37,794 nucleotides of DNA, from positions 41,301,129-41,338,922 of the forward strand of contig NC_057719.1 of assembly GCF_004010195.1 (NCBI RefSeq). Reading direction: 5' to 3'. Shown here piece after piece: positions 20,875 to 33,989 of the stretch (position 1 is its first letter; each line of letters starts with the position of its first letter). The stretch is from Chiloscyllium plagiosum. Its lineage: Eukaryota. A model generated the notes under the pieces. The model saw nothing but the letters and a program-made list of their open reading frames with translations. It had not been told where the DNA came from and searched no databases. The translations under genes and the position numbers were made by a program.

Positions 20875-23044
20875 GTGTTCATAAAGTTGTCAAAAGTTTT
20901 AATACTAAGGGCTGGAAGAATTATAACATGCAGCAGAGGAAGACATTGATAAGGAAATAGAGAATAGAATATGGATGCAACCTAGCAAGAAACTTAAAAA
21001 TGAGTTCTTAAAACCTTGTCATGTATTAGAGAAAGAAATGATTAACAATTAAAATGTGAGTTATTTACAGAAAGAGACGTAAGTCCATAACAGAAAATAT
21101 AGAAATGCAGAGAACCAAAATAGTCATTTTGTGTCTACCTTCACAGAGGCAAACCCAAGAAGTCCCCCTGGTATAATTAAGATCCAGGGTTATTGGCAGC
21201 ATAAAACTGAAAGAAATTAGTCCTTGTAACAAAGTAATATTAGAGAATAAATGATACTGAAAGCTGATTCATCTAGCGTGTTGAAAGAGATGTTTATTGA
21301 GCCAACAGATCCACTGGTGATCATCTTTCAAAATTCTATTAACTCTGCAATGATGCCTGCAGTTTGGGGTTTACAAATGTAACCCTACTGTTTCAGAGAA
21401 GATAGAGAGAGAAAACAGAGAACTACAGATCTATTAGCCTGACGTCAGTAGTAGGGGAAGTTACAGAAGCAATTTTAAAGGATGTGATTACATTACATGT
21501 AGAAAAAAATTGCCTGACTGGGAGGAGTCAACATAGATTTATGAAAGATAATCATGTTGACAAACCAGCCAGAGTTTTTTGAGGGTGTCACTTGGAGAAT
21601 GACATGGAGTGTAGTATATTTAGATTTTCAGAAAATTTTTTAAAAATCCAGTGCAGGTTACTCAACAAAGTTAAAACTCATGGGATTGGGATAATATATT
21701 AGCATAGATTCTGGATTGGTTAATGGGCAGAAAATAGAGGGTAGGAACAAATCTGTCATTCTCAGGTTGGCAAGCTGTGACCAGTGGCATACCACAAGGA
21801 TCAGTGCCAGGGCCTCAACTTTTCACAATCTATCTTAATTATTTGAAGATGGAGGCCTTTGTAAAAGTTCCAAGTTTGCAAATGACACTAAACTTGGTGG
21901 GATCGCGAATTGCATAGAAGATGTGAAGAGGTTCAAGGGAACTTAAATAGCACAGTAATGGCAGGAGCATGGCAGATGGACCACAATGTTGATAAATGTG
22001 ACATTATCAGTTTTGTAGGAGGAATGAAGTTGCAAAGCATTTCTTAAATGGCAAGAAGGGTATTGATATCCAAAGGGACATAGGTGTCCTTGTGCATAAG
22101 TCACTGAAAACTGGAATACACATGTAACAGTAATTTGGAAGGAAAGTGGAGTGTTAGCTTTTATCACAAAATAACTTGAAAGCTGGAGCAAAGACGTCTT
22201 GGCACAATTGTATAGAACATTAGTGAGACTGTGCCTGGAGTATTTTGTGCACTTTCGATCCCTTGTCTAATGACAGATATACTTGCCATGGCAGGATTAC
22301 AGCAAAGGTTCAACAGACTGAATCCTGCAATGCTGGGATTGTCCTATGATGAGAGATTCAGGAGACCAGACCTGTATTCTCTGGAGTTGAGAAGATTGAG
22401 AGATGATCTCATATAAACTTATAGAATTCTTAAAGGGATAGACAAGATGGATGCAGAAAGAATACTTCTCCTGGCTGTCGGGTATAGAACTGTGGGACAT
22501 AGAATAAAGGACAACTCATATAGGGCTGAGATGAGGAGAAACCTCTTTATTCAGAGGGTGGTGAATCTTTGGATATTTCTATCCCAGAGTGCTGTGGAGG
22601 CTCAGTCATTAAGTAATATCAAGGGAGAAATTGATAGATTTCTCATCACTAATAACACCAACGTGTATGGGGATAGCATGATAATATGAGGGAGATGGTC
22701 AGCCATCATCACGAATGGCAGAACAGAGAAGATGAGCAAAACGGCCAATTCCTGCTCCGATCTTCTTATTTTTGGATACCTGAAATATTTTTGTTCTAGT
22801 TTTACTGTGATCTCCTTCTTCGTTTCTGCTTGTAGATTGATGGCTGTACTGGTTTTCCTGTTCTCAACATGAAGTCGAAAATTTTATCACCTCTGGTTTA
22901 ATTTCCAACCTTTCCACACCTTCAAATTATCCATCTCTAATTCTTACATTTCTCCAGCTTTTGGTCTCCATTCCTGCAGTTTGACAATCAATGAGTATTT
23001 ATCACTGACTTCCAATGCTACATCGATTATAATGTCTGATATCT

Positions 23045-24720
23045 TAGTTCGATAACATAATGGGATAAAAAATGAAGTAGAGCAAGGTAGTAGACAAAAA
23101 CACACCCTCCCTGATGCGCTCAATGCTTTCTATGCTTGGTTTGAGCAGAATGCCAGCAACGCGATGTCCCTTGCCCAGATAGCCCTGGACACACCTGTTC
23201 CCTCCATCACCACTACAGACATCAGGTCATCTTCCTGGGAGTCAACCAGAGAAAAGCAATGGGCCTAGATAAAGTCCCTGGCCATGCACTTAAATCCTGG
23301 CAGACCAGCTAGCAGAGGTATTTGCTGACATCTTCAACCTCTCCTTGCTACAATTCAAAGTCCCTACCTGCTTCAAGAAGACCACCATTATCCCAGTACC
23401 AAAACATAACACTTGCAGCGTGCCTTAATGACTATCGCCTAGTGGCTCTGACTTCCATCATCATGAAGTGCTTCGAGACACTGGTCATGGCTCACAGCAA
23501 CTTCAGTCTGCCAGTCTGCCTCGACCCCCTGCAATTTGCCTACCGATGTGACAGGTCCATAGCTGACACCATTTCCCTGGTCCTGCATTCCTCCCTGGAA
23601 CACCCAGACAACAAGGACACATATGTCAGGCTCCTACTCATCAACTACAGCTCCGCCTTTAACACCATAATCCCCTCCAGACCAATGTCAAAACTCCAAA
23701 ATCTAGGTCTCCGCTTTACCCTCTGCAAGTGGATCCTCAAATTCCTGATCCACAGACTGCAATCAGTGAAGATAGACACGATAATCCTTAACGCTGGCAC
23801 CCCACAATGATGAGTTCTCAGCCGCATACAATACTCCCTGTATATCCACAACTATGTAGCAAAATTCCCTCTGAATGTCATCTACAAGTTCGCTGGTAGG
23901 ATGGTTATTAAACATAGATGAGTCAGAAACAGAAATGAGATAAAGTGCTTGGTGTTGTGGTGTAATATTAACAATCTCTCTCTTAATGTTGGCAAAACAA
24001 AAGAACTGACCATTGACTACAGGAAGAAAGGATGAGGACATGCCCCTATCTACATCAATGGTGCTGAGGTGGAAGGGTCGAGAGCATCAGATTGATGTTA
24101 ACTGAAAATTTGTTCTGGACCTCCCACGTGAATGCATTGGTGAAGAAAGCACAATAAAGCCTCTTCTTCCTCAGACAGCTTAGGAATAGCAGCATATTCA
24201 TAAGGACCCTCACCAACTTGTACAGATGCATCATAGAAAGCATTCTATCCGGGTGCAGAACGGCCTAGTTCAGCAACTGCTCTGCCCAGGACTGTAAGAA
24301 ACTACAGAAAGTTGTGGGCACAGCCCAGACCATCATGGAAGCCAACGTCTCATCCATTGAGTCCATTTACACACCTCATTGTTGCAAAAAGATTGCCAAT
24401 ATCATCAAAGACTCATAACACCCTTGTAATGCTTTCCTATAACCTCTCTGTCAGGCAGAAGATACAGAAGCTTGAACACATGTATCAACTGGATTAAGAG
24501 CAGCTTCTTCTTCCCTGCTGGTATTAGGCTGCTGAATGGACCTCTCTAGCTTCAAATAGTGTTGATCTTGCTTTACGCACTTCTTGTGCAGCTGTAACCT
24601 TGTATGCCTTGCTCTGTCTAAGCACCCTTTAATCTGTACGTCCCGTTTGTTATGATCTGCCTGTACTGCCTTTCACTGTATTTAGATACATGTGGCTACA
24701 GTAAATCAAATCAAATCAAA
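23045..24720 (+). mobile_element. Rex1/Babar-clade LINE, 5'-truncated, decayed
   Basis: ORF 23322-23810 ([47 protein letters not shown]); NVGKTKELTIDYRK; (aaatc)n tail at 24703-24720. Confidence 0.9.
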
Positions 24721-25240
24721 ATTCTCTCAGCTTCTCTGTCTCAAACGTATCTATTCTGATGATGCAACTTTCCATACCAGTTCTTCCTGTGTTTCTCAAT
24801 TTCTGTTCAACAAGATATCCTTACTACCATGGTTGACAGGGCCCACTGCTGTGTCTGGCCCATTTGGTGCAACACGTGCCCTTTTTTTTGTCTCTCTTCT
24901 GAGCATCCAAAGTACTAAACATTCCTCCTAGATAAAACAGTGATTTTTACCATAATTGTTCAATTTGGCATACTGTATTCACTGTCCACAATGTGGCCTC
25001 CTTCACATTGGGGAGGTCAAATGCTGTCAGAGTGATCACTTGTGGAGTGTCACCCTTCCACCCATAAGTGTGACTGTGCTTTTGGTGATTGGCTATTTTA
25101 ATTCTCCACCTGCCTTCTATCCTTGCCTTCCTTCAGGGAAGCTCATCATAAACCTGAGAAACAGCACCTCAACTTTCAATAAGGCACTTTACAGCGTGTT
25201 GGACTTCATACTGAGCAAAACAGTTTCAGACCAACACTGA
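24721..25240 (+). mobile_element. Penelope-like element: RT C-terminus and GIY-YIG endonuclease fragment
   Basis: FSQLLCLKRIYSDDATFH (cf. SQFLRLRRICSD) and NLAYCIHCPQCGLLHIGE..DHLWSV..VIGYFNS (GIY-YIG with CxxC). Confidence 0.85.
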
Positions 25241-25862
25241 AACCTGAATTGTTTTTCCTTTGACTTTTTAACTCTCAGTTTTCTCAAAATTGTGGCTGTA
25301 AGAGCTGCTCCTTTTTTGAGTTATTTTAGGTGTTGGAGGTGATTTCCTCAAATTCCAGAATCAGCAATTACTGTTTTATATGCTGTTGCATTGTTTTGGA
25401 ACTAGAGGAAAAAAAGATTAAAACAACAACACTTTTAAAAGGAGGAAGACAGGCAAAAGACAGCGACGACATGGTCAGTGAGGGAGAGAGAGAAAGCACT
25501 GACAGCAATGAATCTGCACAGTTTACTGCCTTTGGTGCTTGAGTTCATGGATGTCTGGACATTGGAGTGCGTCTAGGAAAAATGAACAAACAGTGAATTT
25601 CACAGTTGACTTTGGAGGGACCTGTGTGGGAGAAGTCACAGCACAGGAACAGATAGGTGATAGTTTTCAAATGTAACCTTGCTGTAAGTCTACAGTAGTG
25701 AGTCAAATGGGTTCTTTCTTGATTATATGTTTTATTGAAATCTGTTTCTTGATTACATTTTAAAAATATAAAGCATCAATACTAAGTTAGCCTAGAGCAC
25801 TGCTTTTTTAGAGCAAAATGACAATGCTATTTCCTGGGTCTGTAGATTGTAAAGGAGCAAAG

Positions 25863-26775
25863 ATGGCCTTTAGTAGAGTGATATGCTCTTCCTGTGAGAT
25901 GTGGGAGTTTAGGAGAGATTCCATGTTAGTGATGATTATGTCTGCAGGAAGTGTCTTTGGTTAAGAATCCTATCAGATTGCATGGATCGGTTGGAGCGGC
26001 AGTTAGAGACAATAAGAAATTTACAAGAGCTAGGGATTTTGATGGATGGCAATTATAGGAAGGGAGACAAGCCACAGATACAGTCAGGAAGAAGGGTTAA
26101 CTCCAGGAAAGATAGGAGGAGTATGCAGGTTGTGCAGGAGTCTCCTGTGGCTATCCCTATTTCATACAAGTATGCTGTTTTGGAAAATGTCGGCAGTGGT
26201 GGATTCTCAGGGGAATGAAGCACAAACAGCCAAGTTTGTGTATCGAGACAGGTTCTAATGAGGGGTAGGTTGGGTTCCAAGTGATCAATTGTAATAGGGG
26301 ATTCTCTAGTCTGAGGCACAGTCAGACATTTCTGTGGCCAGCAGCGAAAAAACAGAATGGTGTGCTGCGTCCCTGGTGCCAGGATCAAAGGGGATATCTC
26401 AGAGAGGGTGCAGAATGTTCTCAAAGGGGAGTGGGACGAGCAGGATGTCATTGTACTCATTGGAACTAATGACATAGGAAGGAAAAAGAGATTCTGAAGG
26501 GAGAATATAGCTACGCAGCAATTTGAAAAGGTCCTCGAGGGTAGTAATATCTGGATTACTCCTGGTGTTATGAACTAGTGAGGATAGGAATGGGAGGATA
26601 GAGTGTGGCTGAGGAGCTGGAGCAGAGGAGAATGGTTCACACCTTTGGATCATTGGAATCTCTTCTGGGGTAGAAGTGACCTGTATAAGAAGGACAGATT
26701 GCACCTGAATTGGAAGGGGATTAATATACTGGCAGGGAGATTTGCTCGAGATGCTCAGGAGGAGTTAAAGTATTA
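25863..26775 (+). pseudogene. CR1 ORF1 (zinc finger, coiled-coil and SGNH esterase-like domain)
   Basis: MAFSRVICSSCEMW..YVCRKC; MDRLERQLETIR; IVIGDSLV; CVPGARI; IGTNDIG; LYKKDRLHLNWKG. Confidence 0.85.
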
Positions 26776-27160
26776 ATGTGGTGGGGGGGAGTGGGACCAA
26801 GGGACATAGTGAGGAAAGCGATCAATGTCTTGCGATAAGGAGTGAGTCAAACAGTCAAGGCAGGAAAGAACAAAGCAGAGAACAAGGTAGGGCTGATAAA
26901 TTACATTGCATTTACTTCAATGCAAGAGGCCTAAGAGGAGAAGCAAATGAACTCAGGAACATGGGACTGGGATATCATAGCAATTACAGAAATGTGGCTT
27001 AGCGATGGACAGGACTGGCAACTTAATGTTCCAGGATACAAATGCAACAGGAAGGATAGAAAGGGGGGCAAGAGTGGAGAGGGAGTGGCATTTTTGATGA
27101 GGGATAGCATTACAGCTGTACTTAGGGAGGATATTCCTGGGAATACATCCAGGAAAATTA

Positions 27161-27475
27161 TTTTTTTTTAGATAAGATTACTTACAGTGTGGAAACAGGC
27201 CCTTTGGCCTAACAAGTCCACACTGACCCTCCAAAGAGTACGCCACCCAGACCAATCCCCCTACATTTACCCCTTCACTTAACACTACGGGCAATTTAGC
27301 ATGGCCAATTCACCTAATCTGCACATTTTGGGCTGTGGGAGGAAACCGGAGCAAACCCACACAGACACAAGGAGAATGTGCAAACTCCACACAGATAGTT
27401 GCCTGTGGCAGGAATTAAACCCGGGTCTCTGGTGCCGTAGGCAGCAGTGCTAGCCACTGTGCCACCGTGCCGCCC
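27161..27475 (-). mobile_element. HE1-type tRNA-derived V-SINE
   Basis: Minus strand begins gggcggcacggtggcacagtggctagcactgctgcc (A box)..gacccgggtttaattcc (B box); V-domain tgtgtggagtttgcacattctcc; CR1-derived 3' tail; attt on both flanks. Confidence 0.92.
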
Positions 27476-28345
27476 ATTTGGGTGGAAATAAGAAAGCGAT
27501 GATCACCTTATTGGGAATATATTATGGACTCCATAATAGTCAGCGGAAAATTGTAAAACAAATTTGTAAGGAGATTTCAGTTATCAGTAAGAAAAATAGG
27601 ACAGTTATGGTAGGGAATTTTAACTTTCCAAACATAGACTGGGACTGCCATAGTGTTAAGGGCTTAGATGGAGAGGAATTTGTTAAATGTGTACAAGAAA
27701 ATTTTCTGATTAAGTATTTGGATTTTCCTACAAGAAAAGGTGCAAAACTTGACCTATTGTTGGGAAATAAGGCAGGGCAGGTGACTGAGGTGTCAGTGGG
27801 GGAGCACTTTGGGGCCAGCGACCATAATTCTATTAGTTTTAAAATAGTGATGGAAAAGGATAGACTAGATCTAAAAGTTGAAGTTCTAAATTGGAGAAAG
27901 GCTAATTTTGACGGTTAGGCAAGAACTTTCAAAAGCTGATTGGGGGTAGATGTTCTCAGTTAAAGGGATGGCTGGAAAATGGGAAGCCTTCAGAAATGAC
28001 ATAACAAGAATCCAGAGAAAGTATATTCCTGATAGGGTAAAAGGAAAGGCTGGTAGGTGTAGGGAAAGCTGGATGACTAAAGAAATTGAGGTTTTGGTCA
28101 AGAAAAAGAAGGAAGCATATGTCAGGTATAGACAGGATAGATCGAGTGAATCCTTAGCATAATGTAAAGGCAGTAGGAGTATACTTAAGAGGGAAATCAG
28201 GAAGGCAAAAAGGGGACATGAGATAGCTTTGGCAGATAGAGTTAAGGAGAATCCAAAGGGATTTTACAAATGCATTTAGGACAAAAGAGTAACTAGAGAG
28301 AGAGAATAGGGCCCCTCAAAGATCAGGCAGCATCTGAGGAGGAAG

Positions 28346-28384
28346 AAAATCGACGTTTCGGGCAAAAGCCCTTCATCAGGAATA
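28346..28384 (-). ncRNA. Minimal type I hammerhead ribozyme motif (intact core)
   Basis: Minus strand: auuc-CUGAUGA-aGGGC-uuuu-GCCC-GAAAC-GUC-gauu. Confidence 0.75.
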
Positions 28385-28393
28385 CTCTGCCTA

Positions 28394-28432
28394 TATTCCT
28401 GATGAAGGGCTTTTGCCCGAAATGTTGATTTT
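28394..28432 (+). ncRNA. Minimal hammerhead ribozyme motif (CpG-decayed copy)
   Basis: attc-CTGATGA-aGGGC-tttt-GCCC-GAAAT-GTT-gatt; two C>T changes relative to the minus-strand copy. Confidence 0.6.
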
Positions 28433-31400
28433 CTTGCTCCTCGAATGCTGCCTGAACTGCTGTGCTTTGCCAGCACCACTCCACTCCAGAATCTGGTTTC
28501 CAGCATCTGCAGTCATTATTTTTACCCCCCTCAAAGATCATCAAGGCAGCCTACATGTGGAGCCAGTGTTTACTGTGGAGAAGATATCTAATGTGGGAAA
28601 ATAGATGGTGACATCTTGAAAAATGTCCATATTACAGAGGAGAAGGGCTGGATGTCTTGAAATGCATAACAGTGGATAAATCCCCAGGACCTGATCAGGT
28701 GTACCCTAGAACTCTGTGGGAAGCTAGGGAAATGATTGCCCCTTGCTGAGATATTTGTATCATTGATAGTCACGGGTGAGGTGCAGGAAGACTGGAGGTT
28801 GGCTAACATGATGCCGGTATTTAAGAAAGGTGGTAAGGAGAAGCTAGGGAACTATAAACCGGTGAGCCTGACATTCATTGTGGACAAGTTGTTGGAGGGA
28901 ATCCTGAGGGAGAGGATTTACATGTATTTGGAAAGGCAAGAACTGATTAGAGATAGTCAGCATGGCTTTGTGCGTGGGAAATCATGTCTCACGAACTTGA
29001 TTGAGTTTTTTGAAGAAGTGACAAAGAGGATTGATGAGGACAGAGCAGTAGACATGATCTATGTGGACTCCAGTAAGGCCTTCAACAAGGTTCCTCATGG
29101 GAGACTGGTTAGCAAGGTTAGATCTCAAGGAATACAGAAAGAACTAGCAATTTGGATAGAGAACTGGCTCAAAGGTAGAAGACAGAGGATGGTAGTGGAG
29201 GGTTGTTTTTCAGACTGGAGGCCTGTGACCAGTGGAGTGCCACAAGGATCGGTGCTGGGTCCTCTACTTTTTATCATTTACATAAATGATTTGGATGCGA
29301 GCATAAGAGGTGCAGTTAATAAGTTTGCAGATGACACCAAAATTGTCTAGTGGACAGTGAAGAGGGTTACCTCAGATTACAACAAGATCTTGACCAGGTA
29401 GGCCAATGGGCTGAGAAGTGGCAGATGGAGTTTAATTCAGATAAATGCAAGGTGCTACATTTTGGGAAAGCAAATCTTTGCAGGACTTATACACTTAATG
29501 GTAAGGTCTGAGGGAGTGTTGCTGAACAAAGACACCTTGGAGTGCAGGTTCATAGCTCCTGTTGCCAGGGTTGGAAGACTTGAGCTATAGGGAGAGGCTG
29601 AACAGGCTGGGGCTGCTGTGCCTGGAGTGTCGGAGGCTGAAGGGTGACTTTATCGAGGATAACAAAATTATAAGGGGCATGGATAGGATAAATAGACAAA
29701 GTGTTTTCCCTGGGGTCAGGGAGTCCAGAACTAGAGGGCATAGATTTAGGGTGAGAGGGGAAAGTTCTAAAAGAGACCTAAGGGGCAACTTTTTCACACA
29801 GAGGATGGTATGTGTATGGAATGAGCTGCCAGAGGAAGTGGTGGAGGCTGGTACAATTGCAACATTTAAGAGCCATTTGGATGGGTATATGAATAGGAAG
29901 GGTTTGGAGGGATATATGCCGGGTGCTGGCAGGTGGGATTAGATTGGGTTGGGATATATGGTCGGCATGGATGGGTTAGACCGAAGGGTCTGTTTCCATG
30001 TTATACATCTCTATGACTCTATATTGTAAAAAATAGCAGCTGATCATGGTGAGCTGTGAGAAAGCAGAAAATGCATCCTTTCAGAACCAGAAGCATATAT
30101 AATTGCATAATCTGTTCTGAGCACCTACTATTCTACATAATTTTGCATCCTTTAATAACTGTGAATGTTTGTAATAAAAGAAAGATCATGTTTACACCAC
30201 TAATAAATGCCACTATTAGTCATTGACTCTGTGGAACAATAACAAAACTATTTAAATAGAGAGTTTTTTTATTTAAATAGTTTTGTATACTGTACTTTTT
30301 TTTACTGAGAGGAAATAGACAAATGTCTACTTAATAGAAAAGATGTTTACTGGGGATGCACATAAATTATGGTGAGTTGAATATTTGGCACACAACAAAA
30401 AAGATATGATGTTTATATTTCAGGTAGCAGATAGCATGATTTGATATAAATCACTTTTAGAAGAAAGCAGTTTATAAAAGTATTTTATAATTTCAATCTT
30501 GCAAAACATTGTGTTAGCAATAAAAATATTTGCATCCTTATTGAACTGATCATTCAATTCAATTCTTCAAAAACTAATTTCATAGCCAATTTCTAGATGA
30601 TCAGATAAGCTTTCAATTGTCTTAATTTGGCTTTACATAAATTTATATTTTTTGAACAAACGCCGTTCCTGAAAATCATACCACTGCAACCAATTGATTC
30701 TTTGACATAAAACTGTTCCTTTTCCCTTTTTAGTTGACTGACTCCTAAAATGGGGCAGTTTCAGTTGTCTGGAGTTTCAAAAGCTTTATAAAAGCATTTT
30801 GTACCCTAGCCATGCATGGATATTGCCATCTCTCGTAAAAGTGATTTCAGTTCCCTCAGGTAATAAACAATCTCTCGATCCATAATGTGTTTCTTGATTG
30901 ACAAGTGACATAAAGCTCGTTTCAGCTGCTAAAAGGAGGTGAAAGGAACAAAAGCATCAAAAAGCTTGCAGGATATTGAGTTTTCCTGTCTGCCTCATTT
31001 ACACTACACACTGTCTTGTCTGAACAAGACAGAATCTTAATTTCACAAGAAATGCATTGAGGGCCCAACTGTGAAAAAAAAGTACTATGGAAAGTTTATA
31101 GTACATAAATAGAGTTGTAATCCCTTTAGAAAAATTATATTTAAATACCGTCTTGATCTCATCCAAGGTAAGTGGCTTGCATTTCTTTGGTACAGATGGA
31201 TGTAAGAATAAATCTTGTGATTAAGCTTTTATATTCCCTGTGAAACATAAAGACCAATCACTGGAATGTGGGAGACAATGGGTTAGATGCTCTTCCAGTA
31301 GATCCATCATTTAATTTGGAGCATTTTACTTGGAAATAGTCATCACTATCAAATAACCTGATCTACCTCTTATATCAACAGATTTGTGACCATTAAGATA

Positions 31401-31457
31401 AACAGAATGAAGGAGGGAATTACTTGCCCATCTCCAAAGTATGATAAATAAATCTGT

Positions 31458-32870
31458 ATGAGGAGGCCATTCAGCCTCTTGAGGTTGCTCTGTCATTCAT
31501 GGATGATCTGAATGTAATCCAAAATCCATGTTCCTGTCTATCCCTGATAACTTTGATCCTTTTTTATTGTTCATGGCATCTGAGCATCATTACTGCCTGG
31601 CTCTAATTATCCAGAGGGCAGTTGAGTTAACTTTTCTTGCTGTGGATCTGGAGTTACTATGCCGGCCAGGCCATCTCAGCTTGACAGATTTCCTTCTCTG
31701 AAGGATATTAGTGTTCCAGATGGGTTTCCAGAACAAATGACACTTGTTACTTGGTCATCAGTAGAATAGTTTTTTGATTGCATTATTATAATAAATCATC
31801 ATCCCATGATGGGCTTGGAACATATCTCCTCGAAATATTAGCCTGGGGTTCTGGTTTACTAGTCCAGTGACATTACAACTATGCCACTGTCTCCATCTGC
31901 TTACCCTGAACCTATCCATCTCTGCTTGAAAAATATTCAAAGACTATATAACTTCATTGTATCATAAATGGGCAATCAATTATTTTGAAATAGTGACCTC
32001 TAGTACCAGATTATCCTTTAAGAGAAATCACTTTTTCCATATCCACCTTGTCAAGACTCATCAGATTCTTATTTGTTTAATCATGTTGCCTCTCACTGTT
32101 CTAAACTCTAGTGAAGCAAGATTATCTTGTCCAAAATGTATTAGTTTACAATCCACTCATTCCAGGAGTCAATCTTTTTTGTGAACTGTCTCCAATGCAT
32201 TTATATCCTTGCTTAAATATGGAGAACAATATTGCACACATTACTCCAATGTGATCTCACAAGTGCGCTGTTTAGCTGAAACATAACTTTCCTACTTTCG
32301 TATTCCATTCTCCTTGCAATAAATGTGAACATTCTAGTCACTTTCCTGATTATTCATCATACCTGCATACTAACCTTCCATGATTCATTCCGCGGAGGTC
32401 CGGATCTCTCTGCATCTCAGAGTTCCACAGCCTCACAGATAATATTCTTTTTTTAATGATACCTGTGGAATACCCATTTAATAATTTCCCAAATTATATT
32501 CCATTTGCAGATCTTTTCCCATTCACTTAACCTATCTATATAATATTATAACTTTTCCTATTGAAACTCCCTTTCATAACATTCTTTCCGTTCTATGTTG
32601 TCATCAGCAAATTGAGCAACTGTACTTTGTGGCCCCTTATCCAAGTCATTAATATAAGTTGTGAAAAGCCGAGGACCCAACATTGATCTCTGTGGCACAA
32701 CAGTCATTACATTTTACCAACCAGAAAATAATCTACCTTTGCTTGCTCTATGTTTCCTGTTAGCTAGACAATCTTCTATCTACATTATTATGTTACCAGT
32801 ACACTCTGAACCTTTACTTTCTGCAATAAGCTTTGATGTGCCACCTTATCAAATGCATTCTGGAAATTGA
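31458..32870 (-). mobile_element. Old CR1 LINE 3' portion, interrupted by a SINE
   Basis: Minus-strand CR1 3' end (ctgaatggcctcct), NIFQAEMDRF, and RT motifs (fadd at ~32597-32612, VPQRSMLGP at ~32672-32698). Confidence 0.75.
31560..31890 (-). mobile_element. tRNA-derived SINE, decayed
   Basis: Minus strand begins gtggcatagttgtaatgtcactggactagtaaaccaga (tRNA-like head) and ends in an A-rich tail. Confidence 0.65.
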
Positions 32871-32974
32871 CTGGACTAGCATCCACTCCTCTTCCTCCCT
32901 TAAGTTGAATGCAAAATTCAATCATTTTAGGACCACTGTGACTTAAGGCCAACTTTACCATGAGCTTATTAATT

Positions 32975-33110
32975 AAAGAACAAAGAATAATACAGCACAG
33001 AAACAGGCCCTTCAGCCCACTAAGCCTGAACTGACAAATGATGACTTTCTAAACTGAAAACATTGCTCCATGCAGTCCATATCCCTCTATTCCCTTCCTA
33101 TTCATGTCTC
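32975..33110 (-). mobile_element. CR1/HER1 3' end fragment
   Basis: aaagaacaaagaa..tacagcacagaaacaggcccttcagccc is the reverse complement of a CR1 3' UTR and tail. Confidence 0.75.
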
Positions 33111-33410
33111 CGTTTTTCAGACTAGAGGCCGGTGACCAATAATATTTCTTAGGGTGCTGGATCCACTGTTGGTTGTGATTTAAATAAATGATTTGGATGA
33201 GAATTTAGGTTGCATGGTTAGTAAGCTTGTGGGTGACACTAAAAATCATACATAACAGTGAAGAAGGTAATTTAAGATTACAAAGAAATCTTGATCAATT
33301 GGGCCAATGGGCTGAGGAGCGGCAGATAGAGACTAATTCTGATAAATGCAAGGTATTGCACTTTAATAAAACAAACAAGGGCATGACTTATGCATTTAAT
33401 GTTGGAATGT
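33111..33410 (+). mobile_element. CR1 RT fragment
   Basis: VLDPLL..INDLDE, LRLQRNLDQLGQWAEE, DKCKVLHF. Confidence 0.85.
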
Positions 33411-33989
33411 AAACTGGGCTGAATGTTGAGTGCTGCCAACCAGTAACGGGGCATATCACTGTGGAGATCATGGCTGCTGGAGTCTCAGCAATGTTCAGTT
33501 CTTAATCACATATAGATTTCCTTCGATTGAGGGACACTACTCTTCTGAGGAGACAAGTGGTCCACCCTATTTGACCTGCCACACATGCTACATGGCAACA
33601 GGCTTGTCTACTGCTGGGTTAATCCCAGTGAGAGGGGAAGTGGGTCTGAAATGGTCTTCACTGGCCAGTTAAGGTCCACTAGTGGAGGTGGGAAAGTGGC
33701 AGATTTTGGGTATGCAACCACTTTGCCCAATTAAATGCCCTTCCTACTTCCAAGCTTAACAGTAGCAAGAACGGACAATTCTGCTCTTACATAAAATGAT
33801 GCCACTATGTGTTCATGCTGGCTGGTAATACTCCAGCCTAACCCACCTTCTAATTACTCATCTCTAAATTGGTTGTTTCCGCACCTCAAGCACATGACTT
33901 CAAGTTTCTGATGCCTGTTATTGACCTCCTTGGATATGTGAGAAAAGATCCTTTGTTTCCTCTTTACCTAGCCTTCATCTAAGCCTACA

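Larger units (their letters stand above)
20085..22770 (+). mobile_element. Old CR1-clade LINE (endonuclease through 3' UTR), interrupted by a Rex1/Babar fragment
   Basis: ILDLILSNE at ~20100; ENYRSISLTSVVGK; GIPQGSV.GP.LF; KFANDTKLGG; LYSLELRRLRDDLI; MRRNLFIQRVVNLW. Confidence 0.85.
28326..28526 (+). mobile_element. Penelope-like element terminal insertion with inverted duplicated end
   Basis: 14-bp TSD cccctcaaagatca at 28312-28325 and 28527-28540; ~60-bp inverted arms around a 9-nt spacer. Confidence 0.88.
26895..29942 (+). pseudogene. CR1 ORF2 (APE endonuclease and RT), disrupted
   Basis: [66 protein letters not shown]; deletion junction at ~29560. Confidence 0.93.
25270..30022 (+). mobile_element. 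Near full-length CR1-clade LINE (5' UTR, ORF1, ORF2, 3' UTR) with nested insertions and internal deletions
   Basis: ORF1 and ORF2 motifs in order; ctatgactctat tail at ~30011-30022; 5' boundary approximate. Confidence 0.9.

Noticed and set aside
20725..20960. ORFs with NSIQF repeats
   Set aside because: Translation of the (AATTC)n microsatellite tail.
27400..27475. tRNA gene
   Set aside because: The A/B boxes belong to the head of the HE1 SINE; no complete cloverleaf.
33416..33787. MITE/DNA transposon with gggctgaat...aattctgctc ends
   Set aside because: Terminal inverted repeats too degenerate and no clear TSD.
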